NCBI GenBank assembly: GCA_037142195.1
Contig: JBAXBA010000030.1
Location: 1-41,341 of the forward strand
DNA length: 41,341 nucleotides
Direction of reading: 5' to 3'
Source: Pseudomonadota bacterium
GTDB taxonomy: Bacteria > Bdellovibrionota_B > Oligoflexia > Oligoflexales > CAIMVM01
This document shows positions 29,341 to 37,500 of the stretch, in pieces. Numbering within the stretch: position 1 is the first letter of the stretch; the number at the start of each line of letters is the position of its first letter. The notes below the pieces were generated by a model, which ran no database searches, was not told the origin of the DNA, and was given only the letters and a program-made list of their open reading frames with translations. The position numbers and the translations under genes are program-made.

Positions 29341-29603
29341 TCGTAACTACGCCTCAAGTCGCTTATTCGTTCTCTCAAAAGGCTCCCGCCTCACACTACT
29401 CAACGCGCTGCCACTCAAGGTGGCGTCACAAGGAAAAAAACGGGGTCGGGAGCAAAACATAAAGGTCCAAACGTTTGTGAAGCCTTCTCAATGGAATCCG
29501 AATTCAAAAACCTTTTTTAAGCGTAAGTTCTTAGTGCATATTCTTTCTCCGTCCTGCTGCAGGTGTGAATTCTCTCTATGGAATCCGAATTCAAAAACTG
29601 TTT
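29341..29603 (-). ncRNA. Candidate bridge/seek-type guide RNA region downstream of the IS110 transposase
   Basis: 263-bp non-coding end; stem gctcccg 29382-29388 / cgggagc 29447-29453 enclosing hairpin gccac-tcaag-gtggc; IS110 family known to encode guide RNAs in non-coding ends. Confidence 0.45.
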
Positions 29604-29667
29604 TTATGCGTAAGTTCCTACTGCATATTCTTTCTCCGTCCTAAAGCATGCGCGAATTCTCCCTATG
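29491..29667. repeat. Two-copy 87-bp tandem duplication covering the transposase 3' end
   Basis: 29491-29580 vs 29578-29667 align without gaps, 12 mismatches in 90 nt by manual count. Confidence 0.95.
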
Positions 29668-30656
29668 AGTTTTCTTGCTATGGCTACGATGGCTCGCTTT
29701 TTACCGCTAGCCTTCGCTATCCTCTCAAATGTTTCTTTTAAAGCCACGTCCTTGGCTATTGCGCGCCAAGCGGCTTCCACAAGGAGCCATCTTATTCTAG
29801 CTGCTCCTTGCCTTGAGATATGACCTCGACGGATATGTTCTCCAGAGGAGTACTCGCTGGGAGTTAAGCCTGTATAGCTGAAGAGAGCTCTCTCGTTTTT
29901 AAATCTTGTAAGATCCCCTAATTCGTTAGCAAGGGTTCGACTTGTAATGAGTCCGATTCCTGGCACACTTCGGTAGACAGACTCGAGTTTCTCATCCTTT
30001 TTGGCTTGTTCTTTGAGAGCTGCTTGAAACTCTGCAATCTGAGTAGTAAAAAAGCGCCACTGCTCGATGAGCATTTTAAATGCAAGTTTGACTTCTGAGG
30101 CTAGGCTTTTAGCCTCAATTTCCTTCAAATATCTGTTTGAAATTGCACGTTTATCATTTCTCGCCATCAGGCCAAAATACTGAAGTTTTGATTTAATCTG
30201 ACAGCTTACTGTCGCTCTCATCTCGACAACTTGCTCCCTCCCCCTCGTCAGGGCTCTTCTAGCCTCTTCGGCTTCTGAAGGGATATGGATGCATTTTAGT
30301 CGATGATTAGCCAGCTGCTCGGCGATCTTCTTCGAATCCCGGAGGTCCGTCTTAACTTTATCGTTAGAAGCAACCTCAATAGATGCAGCATTAACCACGT
30401 TACTTTTGATACCCGCCTTCTCTAGTTCTCGGTGGAGACCGAATCCAGAAAAGCCTGCTTCGTAGGCAGAATGGATCTCTGCATCCTTAAACCAGTTAAG
30501 GATCGACTGGGCAAATTGTGCCGGATCTGCCGGAATACTTGCCACTTTTTTAACGATCAAACCATCACAAATACTGGTCACAGAATAGGTTTCCTTATGA
30601 ACATCAATGCCGATATAGACTTTTTTTCCTAAATACGAGATCTTAGTATTTGCCAT
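29604..30656 (-). CDS. IS110-family transposase (DEDD recombinase)
   Basis: YIGIDVHK, YEAG, KTDLRD (DEDD); VPGIG, GLTPSEYSSG catalytic Ser; AAGGAG RBS. Confidence 0.96.
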   Translation of the reverse strand: MANTKISYLGKKVYIGIDVHKETYSVTSICDGLIVKKVASIPADPAQFAQSILNWFKDAEIHSAYEAGFSGFGLHRELEKAGIKSNVVNAASIEVASNDKVKTDLRDSKKIAEQLANHRLKCIHIPSEAEEARRALTRGREQVVEMRATVSCQIKSKLQYFGLMARNDKRAISNRYLKEIEAKSLASEVKLAFKMLIEQWRFFTTQIAEFQAALKEQAKKDEKLESVYRSVPGIGLITSRTLANELGDLTRFKNERALFSYTGLTPSEYSSGEHIRRGHISRQGAARIRWLLVEAAWRAIAKDVALKETFERIAKASGKKRAIVAIARKLIGRIRACFRTEKEYAVGTYA

Positions 30657-30665
30657 CTGTTTGGC

Positions 30666-30703
30666 TCCTTTCAAAGTTTGAGTTCAATTACTCTTTGAAA
30701 GGA
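30666..30703 (-). promoter_or_regulatory. Hairpin overlapping the transposase ribosome-binding site
   Basis: Perfect 11-bp arms tcctttcaaag / ctttgaaagga; the minus-strand 3' arm includes AAAGGA of the Shine-Dalgarno. Confidence 0.6.
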
Positions 30704-30966
30704 TTTTTTATCTTTTTGACCCTGTATTCTAGCCGGAAGCAAATGCCTAATCGCTGGGGCAGCTAGCTGGCCAGATACAAGATCTTCATTTCAAACATAG
30801 CAACTATCTATAGGTTTTGATGATACGCAAAAAAGTCATTAATAACGGTACTTTTAGCCAAGACCACCTTCACACTTACAAAGGCCCTAGGGGGCTAGGT
30901 AAAAAAAAAATCAACTTTCCCCCACGAGTTCCGATTGTGCCGGTACTCATCACCATGGAGCTTTCA

Positions 30967-32955
30967 ATGAGTAACTTCTTAATCTACATACTACTGTCAC
31001 TTGTGGCCCTTGGTTGCAATAATAGCAAATCGCCCAAAAAACCAGCTCCTACTGTCGCACCTGTGAATCCATGGAATTCACCAAGCGGATCAGACCCCTA
31101 TAGAAACACTTACAATGATTATTGTTCTGGGGATCAGGCCAAAGATATAGCGACGGGTCAATGCGTGACAAAATGCAGTGATGGCCAGGCCAGAAACAAT
31201 GGACAATGTTCGCCTTGTGCCAATGGTGTGGCTCCCGGAAGCGATGGAAGATGCCCTCAAACGAGTGCCATCGGGGGGTGCCAGGGACAACTTGCCGTTC
31301 AGAATATGGGACCTGCGATTCCTGATTCAAGAGGCTTTTATTATTATCAAATGCAAAGCTCTACGGGATTAAATGTCAAATCCTATCGCTGTTTGTCTAC
31401 TGACTACACTTGTATCCAAAACACAAACTCTGGACAAATTTGCGTGGATGTCAATCCATCAGGTTCCTGTATTCAATATGACACCCGTGGAAACAACTCT
31501 CCCTACGCTACTCAAAATGGATATGGAAATAACGGTGGTCAGAGCTATCAAACAACTGACAGCAATGGCGTTTCTATTCAGGCTTTCACTTGCCAATCGA
31601 CAGACTCTGCTTGCCTTCAACAAGCAAATGCAGGCTTTGCTTGCACCTTTCTAGATGCCAACAGAATGTGTGGAAATTATACGCGCCTAGGTTCTGGTGT
31701 TGCCCGGTATGGGGGAAGCACCGGTTATGACGCAGGTGCGGGCTACAAGGGTGCTCCAGACTTCGGCGGCTTCAATGGTTCTTGCGGAGGATCACCCGCA
31801 TTTGATTCCACTGCCAATATTCAATCTTGCTATCCAGCGGGCGCAGTTATGAACCAACCTGGATTTGCCGGCGGCTATCCCAATATGAACATCAGGCTCG
31901 GCTATGGTCAGCAAGGCTATGGTCAGCAAGGCTATGGTCAGCAAGGCTATGGACAAAATGGGAGTGGTGTTGATCCTAGCTTAATAAAGGGCGGACAAGT
32001 TTATGATCCAAGGGGGTATTACGGTGGCGGTTATAACCCAACAAACCCAGCCCAAATGGCCGGGGTAAATCCTCAGCTTTCTTCCTTATATGGACAAATC
32101 GGCACCATGAATAGCGACCCGAGTTATCAATGGCAAATGTCTGGAAACCAATACCCAATTATGTTTTCCACCTCATCAGCACCTCATTGCCAGTCCTATA
32201 ATCGTTGGATCTACCAAAATATGGTACTCACCCATGGAGCAGATCCTTGTGGCTATGTTTATAATGCCGTCTCTGCGCTCTTTTGCGCTGGAAAAATGGT
32301 CATCCAAAGGATTCGTCCTAGTCTAAATCCGGTCTATGTAAGTCGAACTGAAGGCGAACCATCCGCTCCAGCAACCGTTGTTACAAATAATGTCCCAGCT
32401 CAGTCTCCATCTGCGCCTGTTCAAACGGGCACCGGCGCAGCACCGACTAAAGGCGGGCCACCACCTTTGCCACCCCTTCCCCCAACTAGCGCGCCTTCCC
32501 CCACACCAAGTCAGCCAGCGCCCAGAAATACTCCACAACAAAACAAATCTACTTGCATTAGCAGAGTCTGCAAATTAGGAGGTTCTTATATTCTTTCAGA
32601 TCTCTCAGAACCAACAAATGGGGCCAGCGTTGATGCTGTAGTATCCGCACAACCCCCTCCAGCAGCATCGGACTTTCCCCCAAACTCCGCTGAGACAGCC
32701 ATACTTGCTCAAGTCGCTAAAGATAAAGATGGAGTCTTGAAGCTTAGCTTTTCATCCCCAGATAAAGGGGTTAAAATTACCAAATTCAACTATAAGTCTG
32801 GACCAACTGTCAACTTGGCAAAAACTGGCCCTATTCTTTATGCTGATGTGACATGGACCACTTCTACGGGTTACACGTGTGTAGGCATTAACGATACCTT
32901 TGCTGCTGTTAATTGGGCCCAACCTAAACCCCTTAATGGGAAATGCACAAAGTGA
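30967..32955 (+). CDS. Large Cys-rich, Gly/Tyr/Gln-rich and Pro-rich lipoprotein
   Basis: GGAG RBS, LVALGC lipobox, Cys-rich modules, GYGQQ repeats, Pro-rich linker; the ORF-track start at 30817 is probably too long. Confidence 0.8.
   Translation: MSNFLIYILLSLVALGCNNSKSPKKPAPTVAPVNPWNSPSGSDPYRNTYNDYCSGDQAKDIATGQCVTKCSDGQARNNGQCSPCANGVAPGSDGRCPQTSAIGGCQGQLAVQNMGPAIPDSRGFYYYQMQSSTGLNVKSYRCLSTDYTCIQNTNSGQICVDVNPSGSCIQYDTRGNNSPYATQNGYGNNGGQSYQTTDSNGVSIQAFTCQSTDSACLQQANAGFACTFLDANRMCGNYTRLGSGVARYGGSTGYDAGAGYKGAPDFGGFNGSCGGSPAFDSTANIQSCYPAGAVMNQPGFAGGYPNMNIRLGYGQQGYGQQGYGQQGYGQNGSGVDPSLIKGGQVYDPRGYYGGGYNPTNPAQMAGVNPQLSSLYGQIGTMNSDPSYQWQMSGNQYPIMFSTSSAPHCQSYNRWIYQNMVLTHGADPCGYVYNAVSALFCAGKMVIQRIRPSLNPVYVSRTEGEPSAPATVVTNNVPAQSPSAPVQTGTGAAPTKGGPPPLPPLPPTSAPSPTPSQPAPRNTPQQNKSTCISRVCKLGGSYILSDLSEPTNGASVDAVVSAQPPPAASDFPPNSAETAILAQVAKDKDGVLKLSFSSPDKGVKITKFNYKSGPTVNLAKTGPILYADVTWTTSTGYTCVGINDTFAAVNWAQPKPLNGKCTK
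31900..31959 (+). repeat. 15-bp coding repeat GGCTATGGTCAGCAA x3 plus one degenerate (GYGQQ)
   Basis: Exact units at 31900, 31915 and 31930; ggctatggacaaaat at 31945. Confidence 0.95.
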
Positions 32956-32963
32956 GGAACACC

Positions 32964-33830
32964 ATGAAATACTTTAGTCTTCTCCTAGCCATATTCGCAG
33001 GCAACGCCTGTAAGCCCGCAAATCAGTCCTTTGAAAATTGGAGCAAAACAAGCTCAAGCTACCTTGTCGTCTCCATGAAAGAGAACAACCTCGGGTGGCA
33101 ATATGACTTCTGGTATCAGGGTCAGCAGTTGGAAGCGGGATCTTACCAGGCTTATGTTCAATCTTTAGAAAACAGCCAGGAAAGCATGGAGGGCACATTG
33201 TCCATGAAGGGAACCATGTCCGCTACAAACCCTCGTTTTGCTATCAATGTCTACACTGATAAGTACAATTGCAGCGCCTCCCACAAGACTCTAGTTGGTG
33301 TAATCCCTCTGATTTGTACGGATGACAAAATAGACCGTCTCGTTTTGGAAGATCAAGGAGACTGCAAAGCAAGCAATTCGAAAATATCGCTAGATGGCAA
33401 ACCATATGAAGCGGAATTTAGTGAACAAAAAGAAGTTGAAATCGTCATAAATACAAATAAAGATAATTTTTCCGTTTTTGAACAAATGGTGTCAGTTTCA
33501 GCAAGTTCAGGGTCGGAAGGCTCAACCAATAGCATTGTTGATTATAACGTTTTCGAAGAAGGCAAACTGGTAACTCCCTCATTTATCGTTCGGAAAGAAG
33601 GCGACCGTCAGTTGCTCTATTTGATTCAAGCCGATATAAAGGATGCTACTGCGCCCACCTATTTGATTGCGGAAATAGCGGGGAATCAAAAACCGATTCA
33701 AGAGTTTCAAAATGGATCCAAAGCCTATAGGACCACCTTGAAGAAGAATATTTGCTTAGGAAAACTTAAAAACGGTTCTCAATCTTCAGGGGGCAGCTTT
33801 TTGTTCTTACCTAGCGTTTCCCCAAAATAG
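32964..33830 (+). CDS. Hypothetical lipoprotein, likely co-transcribed with the upstream lipoprotein
   Basis: GAGGA RBS; MKYFSLLLAIFAGNAC signal with Cys; 8 bp after the upstream stop. Confidence 0.75.
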   Translation: MKYFSLLLAIFAGNACKPANQSFENWSKTSSSYLVVSMKENNLGWQYDFWYQGQQLEAGSYQAYVQSLENSQESMEGTLSMKGTMSATNPRFAINVYTDKYNCSASHKTLVGVIPLICTDDKIDRLVLEDQGDCKASNSKISLDGKPYEAEFSEQKEVEIVINTNKDNFSVFEQMVSVSASSGSEGSTNSIVDYNVFEEGKLVTPSFIVRKEGDRQLLYLIQADIKDATAPTYLIAEIAGNQKPIQEFQNGSKAYRTTLKKNICLGKLKNGSQSSGGSFLFLPSVSPK

Positions 33831-33874
33831 GACAAGATTTCCTCAATACCCGCGTCCATCTTTAAAGAGCGAAT

Positions 33875-33937
33875 CACGAAACACATAGATCCCTCAAAAC
33901 CTACTTTCAAAGTTTTGAGGGATCTATGTGTTTCGTG
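33875..33937. repeat. Perfect 26-bp inverted repeat with 11-nt loop
   Basis: cacgaaacacatagatccctcaaaac / gttttgagggatctatgtgtttcgtg between convergent genes. Confidence 0.95.
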
Positions 33938-34049
33938 GACTTTTCATTGGCGTAGTGAATTTCACGACATTGAGTCCGTCGATTTCCCGTAGTTTGAGCC
34001 ACAGGACGACCGGACCGAAGGGACGCGGTGTTGTGATTTCAGACTGGCA

Positions 34050-35420
34050 CTATTTCGATCGATTTCGGCCGATCGCCTTTTTTGCTCTTATTTTCTTCCA
34101 GACAAAATTTCTCTCTTTTGCCCACTCCTCTTTTTCAAGTTTAGAGACAAAGCGTCCCTTACCGCGATTGGCTGCTCCAATTTTTGCCTTCGCCATTCTT
34201 TCTTTTTCTTCGGGAGTCAATTCTTTTTCTAAGGTTCGGCGGCTTCTAAAACGAAGTTCAGGAATGCTGTCGATCTTTATCTCTGTATTTGCGGTGACAG
34301 CAGCATTGATCTTTGCAACTAGAATGCGGTCTCTAGGTGACACAAAGTTGATAACGTGTCCGCCTGCCCCCATTCTACCAGTTCGTCCACAGCGGTGTAG
34401 AAAGAAGTCGGTAGTCTTAGGCAAATCAAAATTAATGACCCAGGCAATATCTTTAAAGTCCATACCTCGAGCAGCCAAATCCGTGGCCACAAGTGCCTGA
34501 ACTTTGCCTTCTTCCATATTGCGGTAGTTTTTACGGCGATCTTCTGCCGCCATATCACCATGAAGCTGGGCTTTTTTAAGTCGTGGACAGTCCTTAGTAA
34601 GACTTTCAAATACGGACTGCGCGTCTTCTTTTCGTGTCACAAAAATAATACCTCTGCCCGTTGGCGCCCGATTCATCATCATGACAAGCATGCGAAGCTT
34701 TTGCCCTTCTTCAAGGGGGACATTGGTTGAGGTGATTCTCTTCACAAAACGGTGAGCACCAGGCATTTTAATCGTCTGCGGATAGTAAGGCTCAAACTTC
34801 TCTTCGATGAGCTTTTCCATCTTAAGGGGCATGGTTGCCGTGTAAAATCCGACCTGAACTTTTTTAAGTCGAAACGCGGACTCTAAGCCTAAAATATCTT
34901 CCGCAAATCCCATTTCAAGGAGGGTGTCTGCTTCATCAAAAACGACGATCTTTAAACGGTCAAATTGAATGTGACCAGCATCGAAAAGCTCTTTGGCTTT
35001 AGAAGGCGTTGCCACTAATATATCGGAAGGCTCTTTTCTAACTTGCTTTAAACGCTCGGGAGCCATTCCACCAGTTGCCATCTTTACTCGGAGTCGGACA
35101 TGGTGACAGATAGTCTGAAACACCCCTGCCACCTGTTCCACAAGCTCTCTGGTAGGAAGAAGTACCAGGGCCATAGGGTGGCCATTCTTAGCCTCGCTTC
35201 CAAACTTGACTTCGTGTCGCCTGAGTACCTCAACGATGGGAAGCGCATAGGATAACGTCTTTCCCGTTCCCGTTTGGGCAAGAACCACCACAGAGTCACC
35301 CACGATCATTTTGGGAATGGCCGCCTTTTGAACATCAGAAGGATTCCTAAAGCCTTGTTCTAGAAAGAAAGACTCAAACTTTTCACTCAGGCCAAATTCT
35401 CTAAAACTAGTCATAAGCAC
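34050..35420 (-). CDS. DEAD-box RNA helicase
   Basis: Q motif, AQTGTGKT, PTREL, DEAD, TDLAARGMD, HRCGRTGR; basic C-terminal tail; start GTG 35420 or ATG 35414. Confidence 0.95.
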   Translation of the reverse strand: MLMTSFREFGLSEKFESFFLEQGFRNPSDVQKAAIPKMIVGDSVVVLAQTGTGKTLSYALPIVEVLRRHEVKFGSEAKNGHPMALVLLPTRELVEQVAGVFQTICHHVRLRVKMATGGMAPERLKQVRKEPSDILVATPSKAKELFDAGHIQFDRLKIVVFDEADTLLEMGFAEDILGLESAFRLKKVQVGFYTATMPLKMEKLIEEKFEPYYPQTIKMPGAHRFVKRITSTNVPLEEGQKLRMLVMMMNRAPTGRGIIFVTRKEDAQSVFESLTKDCPRLKKAQLHGDMAAEDRRKNYRNMEEGKVQALVATDLAARGMDFKDIAWVINFDLPKTTDFFLHRCGRTGRMGAGGHVINFVSPRDRILVAKINAAVTANTEIKIDSIPELRFRSRRTLEKELTPEEKERMAKAKIGAANRGKGRFVSKLEKEEWAKERNFVWKKIRAKKAIGRNRSK

Positions 35421-35500
35421 ACCTTCCCAGTGATCCTGAATTCGTAAAAAACCCTACCCTAAACCCCATCCAAAGACCTTGGAATCGATTCATGGCAAAG

Positions 35501-35527
35501 AAAAAAGAGGCTCCAAGACCTCTTTTT
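35501..35527 (-). terminator. Probable terminator after secB
   Basis: aaaaagagg-ctccaaga-cctcttttt. Confidence 0.55.
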
Positions 35528-35559
35528 AACTGCCCATGTAACCACCAAACGGACTGAAG

Positions 35560-35988
35560 TCAGTGTTTGGCTCGTTCTTGGTCATAAAGAGCATCAAAAT
35601 TAATAGGTTGAAGCATTAACGCCGGGAAACTCCCCCGGACTGCCAGAGTGTCTACCACTTCCCGCGCATAAGGGTAAAGGATATTCGGACAATAAGTGCC
35701 TAAAATCCTGCCCAGTTCGTCCCCTTCGACTCCTTTTACGGTAAAAATACCGGCCTGTTCCACTTCTATAAGAAAAACGGCTTTGGATTCTTTACGAGCC
35801 TGGATGGTCAATTGGAGAGTCACCTCCCACGAGTCACCTTCCAAGCGATCTGCTTTAGAATGGACCTCGAGGTTGATCTGAGGGCTCCACTGATCCTTAA
35901 ACACCTGAGGAGCGCTTGGGGACTCAAAAGAGATGTCCTTGACGTAAATTCTTTGAATTCCAAATTCCACTGCCTTTTCTTCACTCAT
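35560..35988 (-). CDS. secB: Protein-export chaperone SecB
   Basis: IQRIYVKDISFESPSAP, EVEQAGIF, CPNILYPYARE, PINFDALY; GAGGAG RBS. Confidence 0.96.
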   Translation of the reverse strand: MSEEKAVEFGIQRIYVKDISFESPSAPQVFKDQWSPQINLEVHSKADRLEGDSWEVTLQLTIQARKESKAVFLIEVEQAGIFTVKGVEGDELGRILGTYCPNILYPYAREVVDTLAVRGSFPALMLQPINFDALYDQERAKH

Positions 35989-36135
35989 AGGGACTCCTCT
36001 TTTCAAAAATCATCGTGAATTATTGCTTTGATGGGCCCAAGGGTCAAGTTAAAGCTGCGGTGATGAGAAAATTTACTTTTTTTTTATAACCTGAACGGCC
36101 ATAATCTTGAGACTCACCTTTTAAGAGGCTATTCT

Positions 36136-36603
36136 ATGAAAAAAATTGCTTTTCTATTTGCATCCCTATTTGCATCCCTGCTAGCAACGTCCGCCTTTGC
36201 GGGATGGACTACAAATTTAGGGTATAATAACCCGCCAGGTGCAATAGGCTTAAACTTCCTTTACCTTGCTACTAACTGGGGATTTGAAGCTGGCATTGGC
36301 CGTATTCATGCCGGCTCAACAACCGATGACGCCTCGACGACACAAGATGAAAGTAGCTCTTCCGTGGGCTTAACGGGCGATGTCAATCTCAAGTATTTTT
36401 TCTCGAAAGGAACTTTTAGCCCTTACTTGCAGGGTGGTGTAGGAGCTGGCATCGGAGCTTCAGGATCAGGCGTCGGTGCTGGGTTAGGCGGGGGTTTTTT
36501 AGGAGCTGGACTTTTGATCGGCAATGAAGGGTTTCATCTTTACGCCGGAGTCGTTGGCTCAAGCTCCATTGCCGGACAACTAGGAATCGGAATCAAACTT
36601 TAA
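36136..36603 (+). CDS. Small exported Gly-rich beta-barrel-like protein
   Basis: Signal peptide ending AFA; SPYLQGGVG; C-terminal LGIGIKL. Confidence 0.65.
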   Translation: MKKIAFLFASLFASLLATSAFAGWTTNLGYNNPPGAIGLNFLYLATNWGFEAGIGRIHAGSTTDDASTTQDESSSSVGLTGDVNLKYFFSKGTFSPYLQGGVGAGIGASGSGVGAGLGGGFLGAGLLIGNEGFHLYAGVVGSSSIAGQLGIGIKL

Positions 36604-36855
36604 TTGTGGAATTTTTTCTCGATATCTAAGTGACTTTTTTCTCCCCAAAGCGAATGCTCATAATGTGCTGTGCGCTTATCAACTCATGATATCTATATAA
36701 CACTCTCTCATTGGCAATACTCTTTCATACCCTTTTTATAGAATTTGCAATCCCAGCCCTTCTTCACAAAACTTTGCTTTTGAAATTCCTAATTTTAGAT
36801 AGTTTTCTAGGAATGAAAGGTTTAAAACTAAAGAGTTCGGCTGAGGGAGATAAAA

Positions 36856-37146
36856 ATGGATCTAGAGTCAAAAAAAAATGTTGCGGATCTTTGTGATGCC
36901 TTCCTTTTGTTGGAGTCTAAAAAGGAAGTCTTGTCTTTTTTAAAGGATCTCTGCACCCCACAAGAGTTATCGGCTTTATCAGAACGTTGGAAAGTCTGTC
37001 GCTTATTAAGTAGTGGAAAATATTCCTATAGAGAAATCCATGGCTTGACAGGGGCGAGTCTCACTACAATTGGCCGAGTTTCTAGATTTTTAAAAGATGA
37101 GCCTTATAATGGCTATACTAGTGTACTAGAAAAAATGAAACAATAG
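36856..37146 (+). CDS. YerC/YecD family TrpR-related regulator
   Basis: FLKDLCTPQEL..LSERWKV, YREIHGLTGASLTTIGRVSRFL. Confidence 0.92.
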   Translation: MDLESKKNVADLCDAFLLLESKKEVLSFLKDLCTPQELSALSERWKVCRLLSSGKYSYREIHGLTGASLTTIGRVSRFLKDEPYNGYTSVLEKMKQ

Positions 37147-37500
37147 TCAAAAGACTCTACGAGATGACCACTGGTCAAAGAATATCGCATAAAATTTCAA
37201 GGTGTAAAAAATCCTCCTGCCCCTAGAAGCCACTTAAAAAATCTCACTTAAGAAAATTGTGACTCTTCCTTCCTTAACTTTTGCTCTAAGTAAATTCCGT
37301 TGCCGCCCCAAGCCATCGGAGATCACTGCAGACTTTCACTAGGAGGGTAAGTGATTTCTTGACCGCATCAACCTCCACATATTAAGAAATGCTTGGACTA
37401 CAAAAACCTTCGATCTTCATCTTAAAAAAATCTTAGTTCCATGCGGAAATAGCGAAAAGCATCACATAATGCTAAGTAGAATTCGTGATTGGCTCCCTAG

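Larger units (their letters stand above)
29336..30800 (-). mobile_element. IS110-family insertion sequence
   Basis: IS110 transposase bracketed by direct CATAG at 29336-29340 and 30796-30800; no terminal inverted repeats; boundaries inferred. Confidence 0.65.

Noticed and set aside
29420..29644. Plus-strand 74-aa ORF with an internal repeat (WNPNSKT..HILSPS x2)
   Set aside because: Antisense by-product of the 87-bp duplication at the IS110 3' end; no RBS or motif
29491..29667. CRISPR or TIGR array
   Set aside because: Only two units, no repeat-spacer alternation, and one unit is transposase coding sequence; no cas genes
33928..34500. 190-aa plus-strand ORF
   Set aside because: Antisense shadow of the DEAD-box helicase, starting inside the palindrome
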